A DNA stretch of 58,490 nucleotides, the filler included, from Jimgerdemannia flammicorona (lineage: Eukaryota): NCBI GenBank assembly GCA_003990765.1. It is 2 parts of 2 records of this genome, joined end to end, with 100 filler letters (N's around TTAATTAATTAA, not from the genome) between each part and the next. Parts side by side here need not be neighbours in the genome. Positions count along the whole stretch, not along the records: positions 1 to 29,199 come from RBNJ01000510.1; 1 more part is not named here. One strand, given 5' to 3'. Below are positions 1 through 15,235 of the stretch, piece after piece (positions within the stretch are counted from its first letter, which is position 1; every line of letters starts with the position of its first letter). The notes beneath the pieces were generated by a model that saw nothing but the letters and a program-made list of their open reading frames with translations, ran no database searches and was not told where the DNA came from. Position numbers and translations under genes: made by a program.

Positions 1-116
1 CCCCCCCCCCCCCCCCCCCCCCAAAACACCCCCCCCCCCTTCAAGTCACAACAAAAACAACCGCCCTTCGTCTCTGACCTCGTTGCCCCTCACCATGCTC
101 TCCCCCCCTTTTCCAG

Positions 117-841
117 ACCCTCACCGGCAAGGAGGTAACTCAACGAATCTGCGCCACCTCTTGTTCATGAACATTCATGTTGAAATGGAAAAAGAAAACC
201 CGATTCCACCCTCACCCGCTGCTGACAACCGCACTTCTAGATCGAGATCGACATCGAGCCCGAGGATAAGGTACATCACTCGTGCCACACTCATCCGCTT
301 CTTGGTTCCCAAGTTCGAGCAATGTGGCACACGTCACCGATTCTTCATCGATCCTACTTACATACCTATCCTCACCACTGTCCCACAGATTACCCGGATC
401 AAGGAGCGCGTCGAAGAAAAGGAAGGCATTCCGCCTCCGCAACAAAGGTACGTTGGGTTTTACACGGGTTCAGGCGAGAGCATGAAACTGTTCTTGCGCA
501 AGCTATACTTTGGGGCTCTCCGTTGTACTTGTGATAAGATGTTATACTGTGGTAGGATGTTGTAGAAACCGTAACTTTACTTATTTATTTTTTCCTCTTC
601 GCGGTGGTATAAGATTGATTTTCGGTGGCAAACAAATGTAAGCATAAACTGTTGAATATATCAGGACTGAGATTATTGACCATATACTTATTTTTCACGC
701 CTGCTAACCCGAAAAAAACGAACTCTCGGTTTTCCGCGTATCCTTCAACGTAGGGTCGACGAGAAGACGGCTGTTGAATATGGTATCGAGGGCGGCTCTG
801 TGCTGCATCTTGTCCTGGCGCTCCGTGGCGGCGCGTTCTGA
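117..841 (+). CDS. NEDD8: NEDD8/Rub1 ubiquitin-like modifier, 5'-partial (first exon not in window)
   Basis: GT-AG exons 117-134, 241-270, 389-447, 614-637 and 754-841 splice to [84 protein letters not shown] and LVLALRGG are diagnostic of NEDD8 rather than ubiquitin. Confidence 0.95.
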
Positions 842-1225
842 GCGTTTCTATGAGCGCTGGGGCTGCGTCCGTCTAACCTTTTTCTTTTTTGTCTATGAAC
901 AATGGTATATGTGCGTGTGCTACATCAAAATTATTGGGTTATAAGAAGACAGAAAATCTATCCGATGTATTTTCATTCATTGATGGGCCTCATCTTAGAG
1001 CATGCGAGCAAATGTTTCGTGGTTTCGATAAAAACACTCGTGCTGTGCTATGCTTCAACATGCGAAACCTGCCTCTTTGCCCAATGCAAACTGATCGAAG
1101 GCTATGCTCCATTTATAGAGTGCAAGTCCCACAAAGTAAAGGCATTTTTGCCCATGGGTTTTAATAGAAAAAGAATGAATCAAACTTTTAACCGACAACA
1201 ATCATGACGTAATCCTATCATCTTG

Positions 1226-4061
<2,836 letters not shown>

Positions 4062-4298
4062 GGCGGAGTGTCTGAATTGTTGGAAAGTAGATGGTGATGT
4101 TTATGGGGTAGATTGATGACATCAACAGACATCGAAATTGTGACAGCCAAACGAATCTATATTTCAACAATCAAAGAATCTTTACAAGAAAAAATAACTA
4201 GTGGTAAAAAAAAAAAAAGGGGGGCTCTCTAATATTACTTCCTCCATATAATTGTGTGTGCTTTCCTATTTATTGTCTACAAACAGCCAACATGCCAT

Positions 4299-4955
4299 CT
4301 AAAACAATAAACCCCAGCCGCCGATAACCATTATCGTGACCATCATCATCGCCATCAGTTTGAATCCCTCATTGAGTCGAAGAGCTTCCGAGCTTGTTGG
4401 CGGTGGCGGCGGGATGCCTGTAAGGGATGGCATCACATCAGTACTTGCTTCAAATAGTTGAACCTTGATGCCATCCAAGGCCCTTTGCGGGCTACGCTCA
4501 ACCACAACCGAAGGTCTCGGATGCTCTTGGGAGAGTGACATGAAGTCTGGACAGATACTTATTTTACATGCACACTGCCAACTCTCACATTATCCGTAAC
4601 AACTCTGGTCCCTTAAACCCATTCTTCGACCGATCCTCCCAAAACAGTAGAACTACTTACCGATATAGGTCGCCACGATCGAGCTAGACTGAGTCGGAGA
4701 CTCCATGCCTGTTGTGACAACGTCGGAAGTGCTCAAAGGTGCAGACAATGAATTCGATGCGGAAGGCGATGTTCCGTTTGACGACGGCACAATCGACAAT
4801 GGGGACACGGAGGAAGTCGCGCGTGGAGTGCTTGAGATTGCAACCGTAGGGGTGGTAGCCTTGGAAGTGGTGGCAGTCAGAGCGTGAGGAGGAATGACGA
4901 AGAGAAGGACGGTTATGAAGAGGATGAGACTGAGGGAAGGTGTCGGTTGGCGCAT
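4299..4955 (-). CDS. Small secreted Ser/Thr-rich protein, probably GPI-anchored or C-terminally membrane-anchored
   Basis: Two exons (4955-4661 and 4546-4299) join in frame across a phase-1 GT-AG intron. Hydrophobic signal peptide, S/T-rich body, hydrophobic C-terminal tail. Confidence 0.7.
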
Positions 4956-5358
4956 GGTGATTCCAGTTGGTTAAATGTGAGTGTGTGTGGAGGCAGGAGT
5001 GTCAAAATGTACGTGCGGGTTTATTTTCTAAAATAAAGGAGCGAGGGGGCCCGGGGAAAGCCGGAGTGTAGAACAAGGTTTAGTCTTTCTTCTCACATTG
5101 TTGTTTGGTACAAAAGAAGACGGCCAACTTCAAGTAGGGTAATTACTATGTCCCACCTTTGAGGGAATTGTGTGGCTCGATCAGGCCAGCTTTTTTTACA
5201 TGGTGACGTTGTACCAGGCGACGTGACGCCAGCCAAATGGTCCAGCCCACCGGTGGCGTTTTCTGCTCTCGCGCCACGCTCCCGACCACCCACCCCCCCG
5301 CCCCAACCCACAAACCGCGAATGTTCCACACCAAGTCTCTAACAACTTCTTCTCCGTC

Positions 5359-7173
5359 ATGATCCAAATACTACTTTCCACCGTCTCGTGGTCCTACTCG
5401 CTTCTCCTCTACACCCTTCTCGTCGTCTTCCCCGCATTGGCATTCGACTTGGGAGGGAAGCGGACGGGTCTGGCTCTTTCTTTCGACTTGCTTCTCTTCT
5501 ACATGCTCATTGGCTTTGCCGCCATGTTTTGCCGAACCGGATCCTCGAGGTTGATTGTAGGTTTTGACTCCTTTGTCCGTTGTTTACGTCACCGTATTTT
5601 TACTTGAACAGAGTGCCAAACTCACGGTCGACAATTACTCACACCTAGTCCGAAATCCCTTTGTCTTGCTGCATTAAAGCCAACATTTCTCCGCTCTATC
5701 GAGCTCATCGTCATTGTTGCGAGCTTTTTTCATGCATTTCGGCATAACACTGGCGGAGCGCGTGGATCGTACCTCTATGCTCCTTATGAGGCCGTCCTCC
5801 ATTTCTGTGGCCCGTTGTTCACGTTACTCGAAGGTTCGTAGAAATACTTATACATGACGCTACATTTATCAGGATTTGAGTCGCTCAGTTACAATTTCAT
5901 TTCGGCTAACGGCGTGTCTTCCAACACTTATCAACTAGGGGTTGCATCGGTGCTCGTGATTCAAGCTCTAGGCGTTGCGACTCGATGGTGCGTTCAGAAT
6001 TGGTCGGAAAACTATCAGGCAAGCAAAAGTGGTTCTTCACGGAGAGCCACTACCCAGCATTGTTTTTTTTTTTATGTTGATATCACGTCTGACAGCGTTG
6101 TCCACGATTAATATTCCCACAGATTGTTTTCCTCGTTCTGTCAGCAGGCATCTACGTTGCTTCTTTTTTCTCGCTTTACTGGCTATTCCAAGTATCCCCC
6201 CTCGATGCCTACACTGCGGCCGGAATTGGCGCCATTATCACTCTTACCCTTGTGCTGTCATTTCTGGCGCTGTACTCCGGACGAGGAGTTGTCACTGAAT
6301 GCGCGTTGTTGGTATGTTTAATTTATCGTCCAGGAGTGATTTCTTGATGTAAGTATTGAGCGAATTGACGCGTCTTTTTTTTTTTTTTCCTGTGCATGAA
6401 ATAGCTCGTGTACCTTACGTACTGCCTCTACATGATTGGTTCCGAGGCACCTGCGATCCCGGTAATCCTGCGGAACGAGACTGTAGCGGAACAACTGCCG
6501 CCTTTACCGACTCTTGATTTCAAAATGTAAGCATACAAATATATATCTATACGTCGGGGCACATGTCTTCTCTCTCCGATTCCTTCCAATTCACAGTTCA
6601 TCCATCCCTTCCTTTTGTATGTGCTAGCTTCGACCCTTCCGCCTTCGTCTCGCAATCAACCCAATTCGTACGCACGGCTCTTCGGTTCTTTTTTGCCATT
6701 GCCAGTGTCGTCTCAGGTAACACTGTCATCGTGCTGGGTTACCGCCTCGGCATCCTTTTCTCTATGACCAAGATTGTGCCGGCTATGCGCAGTGAAGGGG
6801 AATTCGATGCCGAGACTTTACTGGATGTCAGTAGTCAGGTGCATATAATTTAAAGCCATATTATATTCTTGCTATCACCGAAAGTCACTTCTCACTCTTG
6901 AACCCCAAACCTTTCCCGTTTCTTACATTCTCCCATTTTTATTCATAGCCAACTTTGCTCCTCGTCGTCATGAGCTTTGCCAAAGCCATTCTACTCATGG
7001 TCTACACTCACTTACTGCTCTGCCACTTTGGCCACATCGAAGGCAGCAACATCTTTTGGCAATGGCTCAACGTCGCTGCCTGCCTGGGGCTCTATCTTAC
7101 TGACATGATTTTGGGTAGCGAAGACGGGTTTGATGGCGTTATGCCGCTGAAATATCATATGCACATCGATTGA
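5359..7173 (+). CDS. ICE2: ICE2-family ER membrane protein, multi-exon
   Basis: LAFDLGGKRTGLALS and spliced PLFTLLEG-VASVLVIQALG match ICE2 family motifs. Many hydrophobic segments across GT-AG exons, ending YHMHID*. Confidence 0.8.
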
Positions 7174-7628
7174 GGAAGCAACTATTAGATTGCGCTGCAA
7201 GACAGCTTTCGATTGTTGCAGTTTGAGGAGGTTGCATTCGTCGCTCCTTTTCCTGCTAGAGGTGCAAGGGATGCGAGTGGAGGTTAAAGGACGGACTTCA
7301 AAGTCCTTGGGATATTTTTAGATTCGGTCCATTGAATGAGGGACCTTGATAATTGAATAATTGTATATTAAGCTTTAGTTTTCTGCAGAAATCTAGTTTT
7401 GGCATCCTGTATTCCTGGGCATGTGGTTCCTTGTGTCGTTTCTATATGTAATTTCTTCTCACCTATCTCGCTCTTCGTTTTAACCTTGGCACGAGAGTAT
7501 GTGGCGATTGTTATGAGGGGGATATTCCACGCTTTCCAACTGGGCTTGGCACTGATGAATGATGACACGTGACTGTCTATATTTCCGGCCTCCCCCGCTC
7601 TGTTCTCCTGTAATTCTCGCCCAAAGTC

Positions 7629-8379
7629 ATGCCAAAAGTCCCCAAGATTCCCAAAGCCAAGAACGTCTTCAAGCACCGCCGTCGCTTCATCGAGCTACAC
7701 GATGACGACAACGGCTTTAGCAACGAGCAGTTTGAACGTCCCCCTTCCGAGAGTGAGTATCCAGTGTCGTCCAAGTTTGCCACCAGCAACGTTGCTGAAG
7801 GGGTATCAAACTTTTTGACGCCATGAACTCCTTCTCGACTTTGGTGAGTCGTCGACTCACCAGTGCAATATTCCCCCCTCTTCCCATATTTTGCTTTAGT
7901 CCCATACAAATCCATCGTCCTCGCTATTTTTCTCTTCGTCGTGGGCTCCACGGGAATCATCATAGGTGCTCTTATTGAGACAGGGTACATCCAGGCAGCT
8001 GTGAGTATGAGGCCATCGAGATAGATAGTCCGGCTCCGTTCATCGGGAAGCAATATGACCATCGTGAATGCCATTCTCCGTTCTGAGAAGCTGTCCACTT
8101 ACTCTATAACCTTGGTCTTCCCTCAGGATTGGCTTGACCGAGGCATGCCCTTTCTTATTCTAGGCTTGATCTTGTTTATCCCTGGTAGGTTACTCTCTAA
8201 TACAAGCGAACACGCGATCACATTGAACAGCGTGTGTTTCGAACGTCCCTCCTTGTTCTCTCATTGCTCGCTCGTTGATTCCTTGCGCTCCCACAGGATC
8301 CTACCATGTCTACTTGGCATGGTATGCCTGGCATAACACGCCTGGTTACGATTTCGGAATGATTCCAGACTTGGATTGA
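7629..8379 (+). CDS. TMEM230/TMEM134-like (DUF872) small membrane protein
   Basis: Spliced product FSNEQFERPP..PYKSIVLAIFLFVVG..DRGMPFLILGLILFIPG-SYHVYLAWYAW..GYDFGMIPDLD* matches the family pattern. Confidence 0.85.
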
Positions 8380-8600
8380 GGCTATTGTCTTGATATCCAG
8401 CTCGCACATATATTAGATCTTTAGTGTTTTTGCTTTCATATTGTTGTTCGCTAGAACGGAGCAAGCAACTATTTTCTCGCGTATTCTTTATCACAGTTCC
8501 ACCACCACCTTTCGTTATTTTTTTTGACTATTTTAGACTACCGTGCGCTTTACATAAATGCATCAATGTATATTTCGAATAAAATTCAAAAACACGTAGG

Positions 8601-8663
<63 letters not shown>
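8601..8663 (+). repeat. Poly(A) tract of ~63 nt with one G
   Basis: Seen directly. AATAAA lies ~20 nt upstream. Confidence 0.95.
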
Positions 8664-8666
<3 letters not shown>

Positions 8667-9399
8667 TATCTTGACCAGTTCCGACTGCATCTGCCTGATT
8701 GGTTCACACTTTGGCATCGGCTTTCAACGCTATCAACTGTACATAAACTCTAGAACTAAATGTCCTCCACTCAGAGGTAAAGCCCTTCATGTGTGCCTTC
8801 TCTATCAGATTCGATTCAGCCGCTCAAGTCGGACTCGGAGAGACAGGATTGGCCATTACCTTAAATTGACACAGTGCTCCCAAAGGGGTGGCGAACGGGC
8901 TAGCGGTGAGCAGTGAGCAGCGGCTAGTGAGCGCCGACGGTTGAAGTTGATTTATAACGATAGCAGGCCAATGCGCTAGAAGGATCTTCCTCTGGCTTTG
9001 CTGGACGGAGCTGACTTTAGGGCGAGGTGGATGTGGATATCTTGGACAAACACTCCCCAGAGTATGCATGGTCGAGACAAAAGGAGCATGGGAGATTGCG
9101 CGACTCCAAGAAGCGAAGAGAAAGAAAACGATGACATGTTGACCCAATAGAAAAGATCACGTACACGTTGGCTTTCAATAATCGAGCCCTTATCAGGAAA
9201 ATAAAAATCACGCCCCTTTCTCCGCTACCATACTGGTCACAAGGTATGGGCAGGCTCCCTTTTCCCCTAACTTCACCAGTGTGGTTTGCTGTACCTGTAA
9301 GAGTGCAGTGGGAGGAAGGTAATGGTGATGAGTTGTCCCTTTATTGGTGTTGGATTGGTGCTTCCTCCACTTTTTTGAGATTTCTGATATCTTCAGCTA

Positions 9400-10250
9400 T
9401 ACTGAAGTATATCCATTTTGATATAGCACCTTTATCCTTTTGTCATCATCAACTAGATGTCATCTTGGTGTGTCACAGGCTACATAGGGAGTTGGCCAAT
9501 CTTGGGTGTCAAGCCAGTGTAGGTTATCAGTAATATACTAATACTATTTCTGATCTTAGTCTTGAGATTCTTTAATATAAATAATATTCTATATCTTGCT
9601 CTTCTTGGTCTTATCAGGGTGTTTTTCTGTTGATCTGAAAGCTTTTTCTCCTCTATCAGAGGATGACAGTTCATTTGTTTCTTTAACTTTAAGATTATTA
9701 TATATTATCTTAATAATGGCTTAGATAATTTATTTTCTACATATAATTTCAACTGTCTTCTATTTAGTATTATAGTAGGATTTTAATTTTGTCTTTAAAT
9801 CTTTAGTCTACAACTCCTCTAGCTATATAGAGTCTTTTTTTCTTGACCAGGTTACTTCTTTTTATAAGATATATATAGGTTTCTTTAGAAACTTCTATTT
9901 TAATACCTATATTAATAGTTACTTATTTGCTTAATTTAATAGTTATTTCTATACTTAAGTGGAGATTGTAACTAGTATCAGATTTATGTACTTTGTTTGA
10001 AATTTTTACAGTAATGTAGAATCTCTTGATCTTGATTTTTTCAGAGATTTCTTTAGAATTATCTTCTATTATAATGATAATATATAAGAAAGATAGTTCT
10101 TTATTTATATTAATCTTCTTATCAGAGCATTCATGAGATATATGTCTCTTCTTTTTACAGTAAAAATATATTCTTTTTTTTATAAGTTTCTTTATTTTCT
10201 TATTGGACAATTTCTTAAATTCTTCTTATAATTTCAGAAAGTTATTTTAA
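9400..10250 (-). mobile_element. Heavily decayed LTR-retrotransposon gag/pol fragment
   Basis: YFYCKKKRHISHEC in ORF 9923-10210 reads as a mutated CCHC zinc knuckle. Surroundings are AT-rich, essentially CpG-free and full of stops. Confidence 0.45.
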
Positions 10251-10385
10251 GATTTATATTTCTTCTCAAATTGATATTACTTGTTTTCTTTATTGTTATT
10301 TCTATTATCTCTTAGTCTTTGAGCTGCTAAGAGTATATATGTATGCTCTGTTCTAAGTACTATTGTTTATGTGGATAATTATAGA

Positions 10386-10935
10386 TAGTACTTCAAATGA
10401 GTCAATTTAATTCAGATTGGATTTAGATTAGATTTGAATTGAATTCCATCTAGATGGAATTTAAATCTCATCCAGATTAATTTAAATTAACTATTGTTTT
10501 GATTTTCAAATTAAACAATTAAATATTTATATCAATAACTTGATAAATAATCATCTAATTTTAATGATCTTAATGTTATTTGAAAGCCCTTAATAAGGCC
10601 TTTCTAATGATATCAAGAATATTAAAATTGGATTATGTATTACTAAGCTGTTAAGGAAAATGTTCTTTTGAAGAAATTTTCAAAATTTGTAAGTCAAATA
10701 ATTTCCAAAATTAGTAAGTCAGATGTTTTTCTTGATAACTTAGCAATACATGATCCAATTTTAATATTCTTAATATCATTAGAAAGACCTTATTAAAGAC
10801 TTTCAAATAATATCAAGATTATCAAATTGGATGATTATTCATTGAGTTATTGATGTAAATATTTAATTGTCTAATTTGGAAATTAAAACAATAGTTGATT
10901 TGAATCTGATCCAGATTAACTTGTTTAAAGTACTA
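10386..10935. mobile_element. hAT-type non-autonomous foldback element (MITE)
   Basis: Ends TAGTACTTCAAA...TTTAAAGTACTA, flanked by a perfect 8-bp TSD ATTATAGA (10378-10385 and 10936-10943). Internal ~180-bp inverted arms. Confidence 0.85.
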
Positions 10936-13900
10936 ATTATAGAGTTATTTTTACTCTTAGATCTTTTTTGATAACTATCTGAGAATAGTATCAATGAAGT
11001 ATACTACTCTGGTTTCATTTATAGTTTGTTCTCATCAGCTATATTTTGCTCTTATAGTATTCAAGAGAATTTCTAATATTATTATAAATACTTCTAAGTT
11101 ATCTTTTCTATAATTATAGAATCAGAGGTTCTTAAGTTTAGTTCTGAATTTGGTAATATAGGTAGAGCTGCAGAACTATTAGATGATTAGCTTCTTTAGA
11201 CCTATAATAGCTAGATAGACTTTATAATTAGAGCAATTATTATCTCTTTCACTTATATTAATTTCAGCATAAGTTTTCTAAGTAAAAGGATATACTGGAA
11301 GATTATATTACTATTGAGTAGCTATATCAGTTAAATAGATAGTAACTTTCTCTATTTATAAGTCTATAGTTATATAGAGATCTTTAATCTTATAGTATTT
11401 ATTATTATTGAGAATACTCTCTGAATTCTGATTATTATTTCATCTATTAGTATAATAATTGATGTCAACTTATTTTATAAATATTATTACTTAGTCTGCT
11501 TTATCTTCAAATAATATGAGTTAGAGGTCTTTTGTAAAATCATTTATTTTGATGCTAAGATAGAGGACTTGGATAAATATAGCCACTTGGTCAGTCAGAG
11601 CTGCTATCTTTTCATCTACTAATATCATTCTACTATTCTCATCACTTATATAGTAAGATAGTAGTAGTCTTTCTTCAGATACTGTTATCTCAAGAATAGT
11701 ATAATATATAGTTATTTCTTTTATAATATTATCAAGATGAGTAAACTTAGTAACTAATCTATAAGTTGGTAGTTTTGATAGAGTTCTATAGAGACTTGAT
11801 ATTTTTAGTAATAAATCTATAGTAGTACTAAGGTTACTAATATTGAGTTTGAGTATTTCTTTAACTATTCTTCTAGATTGAGATAATATAGTAGAGGCTT
11901 TGCTGGGTCTAATAGTTTATAATTCTTGTTATTAGATTATCTTTGCTTATATATATATATAACTCAGTAATAGAGATGAGATTTTCTTTAGTTAGTATAA
12001 TATATATCTCTTATAGTTCAGGAAGGCCTTGATATTATAGTAGCAATTGTTGAAGAGAAGATTTAGAAAATGTTCACTTGCAGCTTCAATGAATTCTCTT
12101 ATATATTTCTTATAAAAGTGATAGCTGATTAATCTTTTAAATTCTCTTTTGACTTCTTAAGTATAGATGACTTATTTATTAAATATAATAAATATGTTGA
12201 ATATTTTTTAAATAGTTTTATTATTAAGTCTGTCAAATTCTTCTTAGCTAATATAAGTCTTAGTCTACTCAGTGATAATTCTATTAGCTTCTTTGACTTA
12301 GTTCTGAAGAGTAGTCAGAATAAAGATATTCTTTGGATATTACTAATAATGTTGGTAATATTGACTGAGTTGTTTATATTTATAGTAGATTTCTTACTCA
12401 TAGATAAGAGTAACTTCTACTACTATCAAATTATAATAAAACTATATACTAATAAAATTAATATATTACAGATAATTAAGATTAACTATTAGCTCTAAGT
12501 TCTGAGTTCTTGTGAGAAAGTACTAAGTTCTAATTGTCTATTATAGCAGTATAGTCTAAGTATTACTTTTAGATTCTTATACTGATGACAGAGGTATCAT
12601 ACTTGTATCTCAAGTTGATTAGGCTCAGAATTATTAATAAGTCAGATTAGAGAGTTCTTGATAAGAATACTATAGTTAGAGAAAGTAGAGCTGAGATTAT
12701 AATACACTTAGTATAAAGAGTATTTATATAGATTTTAAGCTATAACTAAATATAATATACTAGATATATCTATAGTTATACTATATTTAGTATTTATAAC
12801 TACTTATTGAAAATTTCATAGAAATTTCTAGTAGTTTATAGATATATAATAATTTATTATATATACTATTTTACTTAATAATTATCAAAAGAGGAAATAT
12901 TTAAGATAAAAAGTACTTTTAGCTAATAATATTAAATTCTTTCTCATATAGATAGTATACAAGCTGCTTATTGAAAGTAGTAATAATAGTAATAAAGAAG
13001 AGTTCTGGTAAAAAATTATAAAGACTCTTCAGATCTCAGAATTTATTGATCTTATAACTATATATAGCAGCCTTTGTAGAGTAGTCAATAGTAGATATAG
13101 ATTGCAATTATATAATATATTTTTATTATAGTATAACCAATTTCACTTTGAGTTGAATTTTTTTTTTTCTTTTTCTATTCTTAGAGTTTATAACTCTATA
13201 GTAAGATCTGCTAACTTTATTCACAATATCTGGTCAAAATAAAGCTGGAGAATAATTTAAGATATATCTTTAGTAATTAAGTTATTGAGTTAATATATTA
13301 TATAGCAGAGATCTTAAAAGAAACAAAAGCAAGTCTTTATGAGTATTCTAATATAACTTAACTATATATAACTCAATTCTCATACTTATACTCTTTTTTA
13401 AAAAAAAAAATTGTCAAAACTCATATATGACTCACATGACTCATAACTCATATTGTAATCTATTCTCAGATTCAAACTCAGTTTTACTATAGAGAGAAAT
13501 TCAAAGTAACTCAAGTTCAACTATATTTAGCTTCTGATAAATTAAAGAAGTTTAAAGATAAGTTATTCAGCATAAGTGATACTAGTTTAACTATTAAGAC
13601 TTGGAAGTTAATATTTAAATTAAAACTAATCATTCTCAACCAAGAAATCTACTGGCCTACAAGAGTCTTCAATAATGAAGAGAACTATATTATCATTAAA
13701 AAATTTAGAAAGATAGTTATAATAGTAGTAAAAAGTCTCTATAGTAAAGAACTTTATTATTATATTAATGAGATTTGTAAGAATTGTATCAAATATCAGA
13801 TAATAGAGAAAAGAGAGTATAATAAGTAAGGAGAAAGAGTTTGAATAGAAATTAGATATATAGTAATATTGGCAAAGAGTGGGATTTTCAATTTTTTTTG

Positions 13901-14844
13901 AATTTCTCACACTTAATAACTTTTTTAAGAATTTAACCAATTATATTAAAAAATCCAGAGATATATAGAATACTATATCTCTACTAGAATTTCAGAAGTA
14001 TAGTTAAAGAATAAGTTATATATAAGTATAATATAGTCTGTATAATGATGATAGCTATAATCTAGAGATTTTTTGAGTAGATTTCTGGAGTGAATAGTAG
14101 ACTAGCTTAGCAGTACTCTCAGTATAGCCATATATTTATTCTTAGTATAATTTAGTATACTATATGAGATAAGTACTTGACTATTTATATAACTGAGAGA
14201 GAGTTGCTTACAGAATAGAAGAATTGACTAAATACTGATCTGTTTTGATAGATATCTAAGCCAGAGCTCTCAGGGCTCAATAAAGAACAAGTCTTCTCTA
14301 GTACTATCTAACAGTACAAGGTTCTGAATCAAGAGTTCATACAACTATATACTTATATTATATTAGAGTATATCAGACACAATATTTTTCTACTTATATA
14401 TATAGATAACAATATCACTTTAGTAATATTCTATATTCTGAAAAAAAGAAGTCCTACTTGGGAGAGTAGTAAAAATATCTAGTATAATCTCACCTATGGC
14501 TTTAGGGTCCTATTTGTGATCAATATAGTAGTCTTATTCTAGCTATATAATCTCTACAATACTATTATCTTTAAAGAGAGCTCAAATATAACTATTATTA
14601 TACTTACAATAGACAATAGACTTATTATAGCTTAAAATTAGTAAGTAGAGTAGTTTTATAAAAATAAGATAATTCAGATATATTTTTTAGCAATTATTTA
14701 GTCTTCTTACTAAGTCTTACTAATCTCTTGACTCTGATATATAGTACTGCTGATGTGGTACTTCTATATAGGACCAGAGTGCTTATGAGACCTAAAACTA
14801 TACTAGATTCTAACTACTTAAAGCTACTTCTTATAGTAGATAGT

Positions 14845-15235
14845 AGAACTACAAATTCTGTAAGCTCTCTCCAGCCCTGGGCTCTAGTACTAGCTGCTTG
14901 AAGTTACTCCTCACAGCAGATAGAGGGCTATAAATTCTATATACTTTCTCTACTAATTCTCATTTTTTTTTTAATATTGGCTGCTTGAGATTACTCCTCA
15001 CAACAGATAGAGAGTCATAAATTCTATATACTCTCTCTGTCAATTCTCATTTTCCTTCTAATATTAGCTACTTAAGATTGCTCTTTATAGCAAACAGAAG
15101 ACTACAAATTCTGTATACTCTCTCTACTGATTCTTATTTTTTTTTCTAGTACTAGCTACTTAGAGTTACTTCTTGCAGCAGACAGAGAGCTATAAATTCT
15201 GTATACTCTCTCTACTAATTCTCATTTTTCTTTGT
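14845..15235. repeat. Degenerate tandem repeat, ~87-bp unit, ~4.5 copies
   Basis: The (c)TAYAAATTCTRTATACTCTCTCT motif recurs near 14928, 15016, 15102 and 15190. Confidence 0.8.

Noticed and set aside
1..40. Poly(C) runs at the window start and end
   Set aside because: Contig-end homopolymers or low-quality sequence.
10950..14800. Possible coding relics in the AT-rich block
   Set aside because: Too mutated to assign a family by eye.
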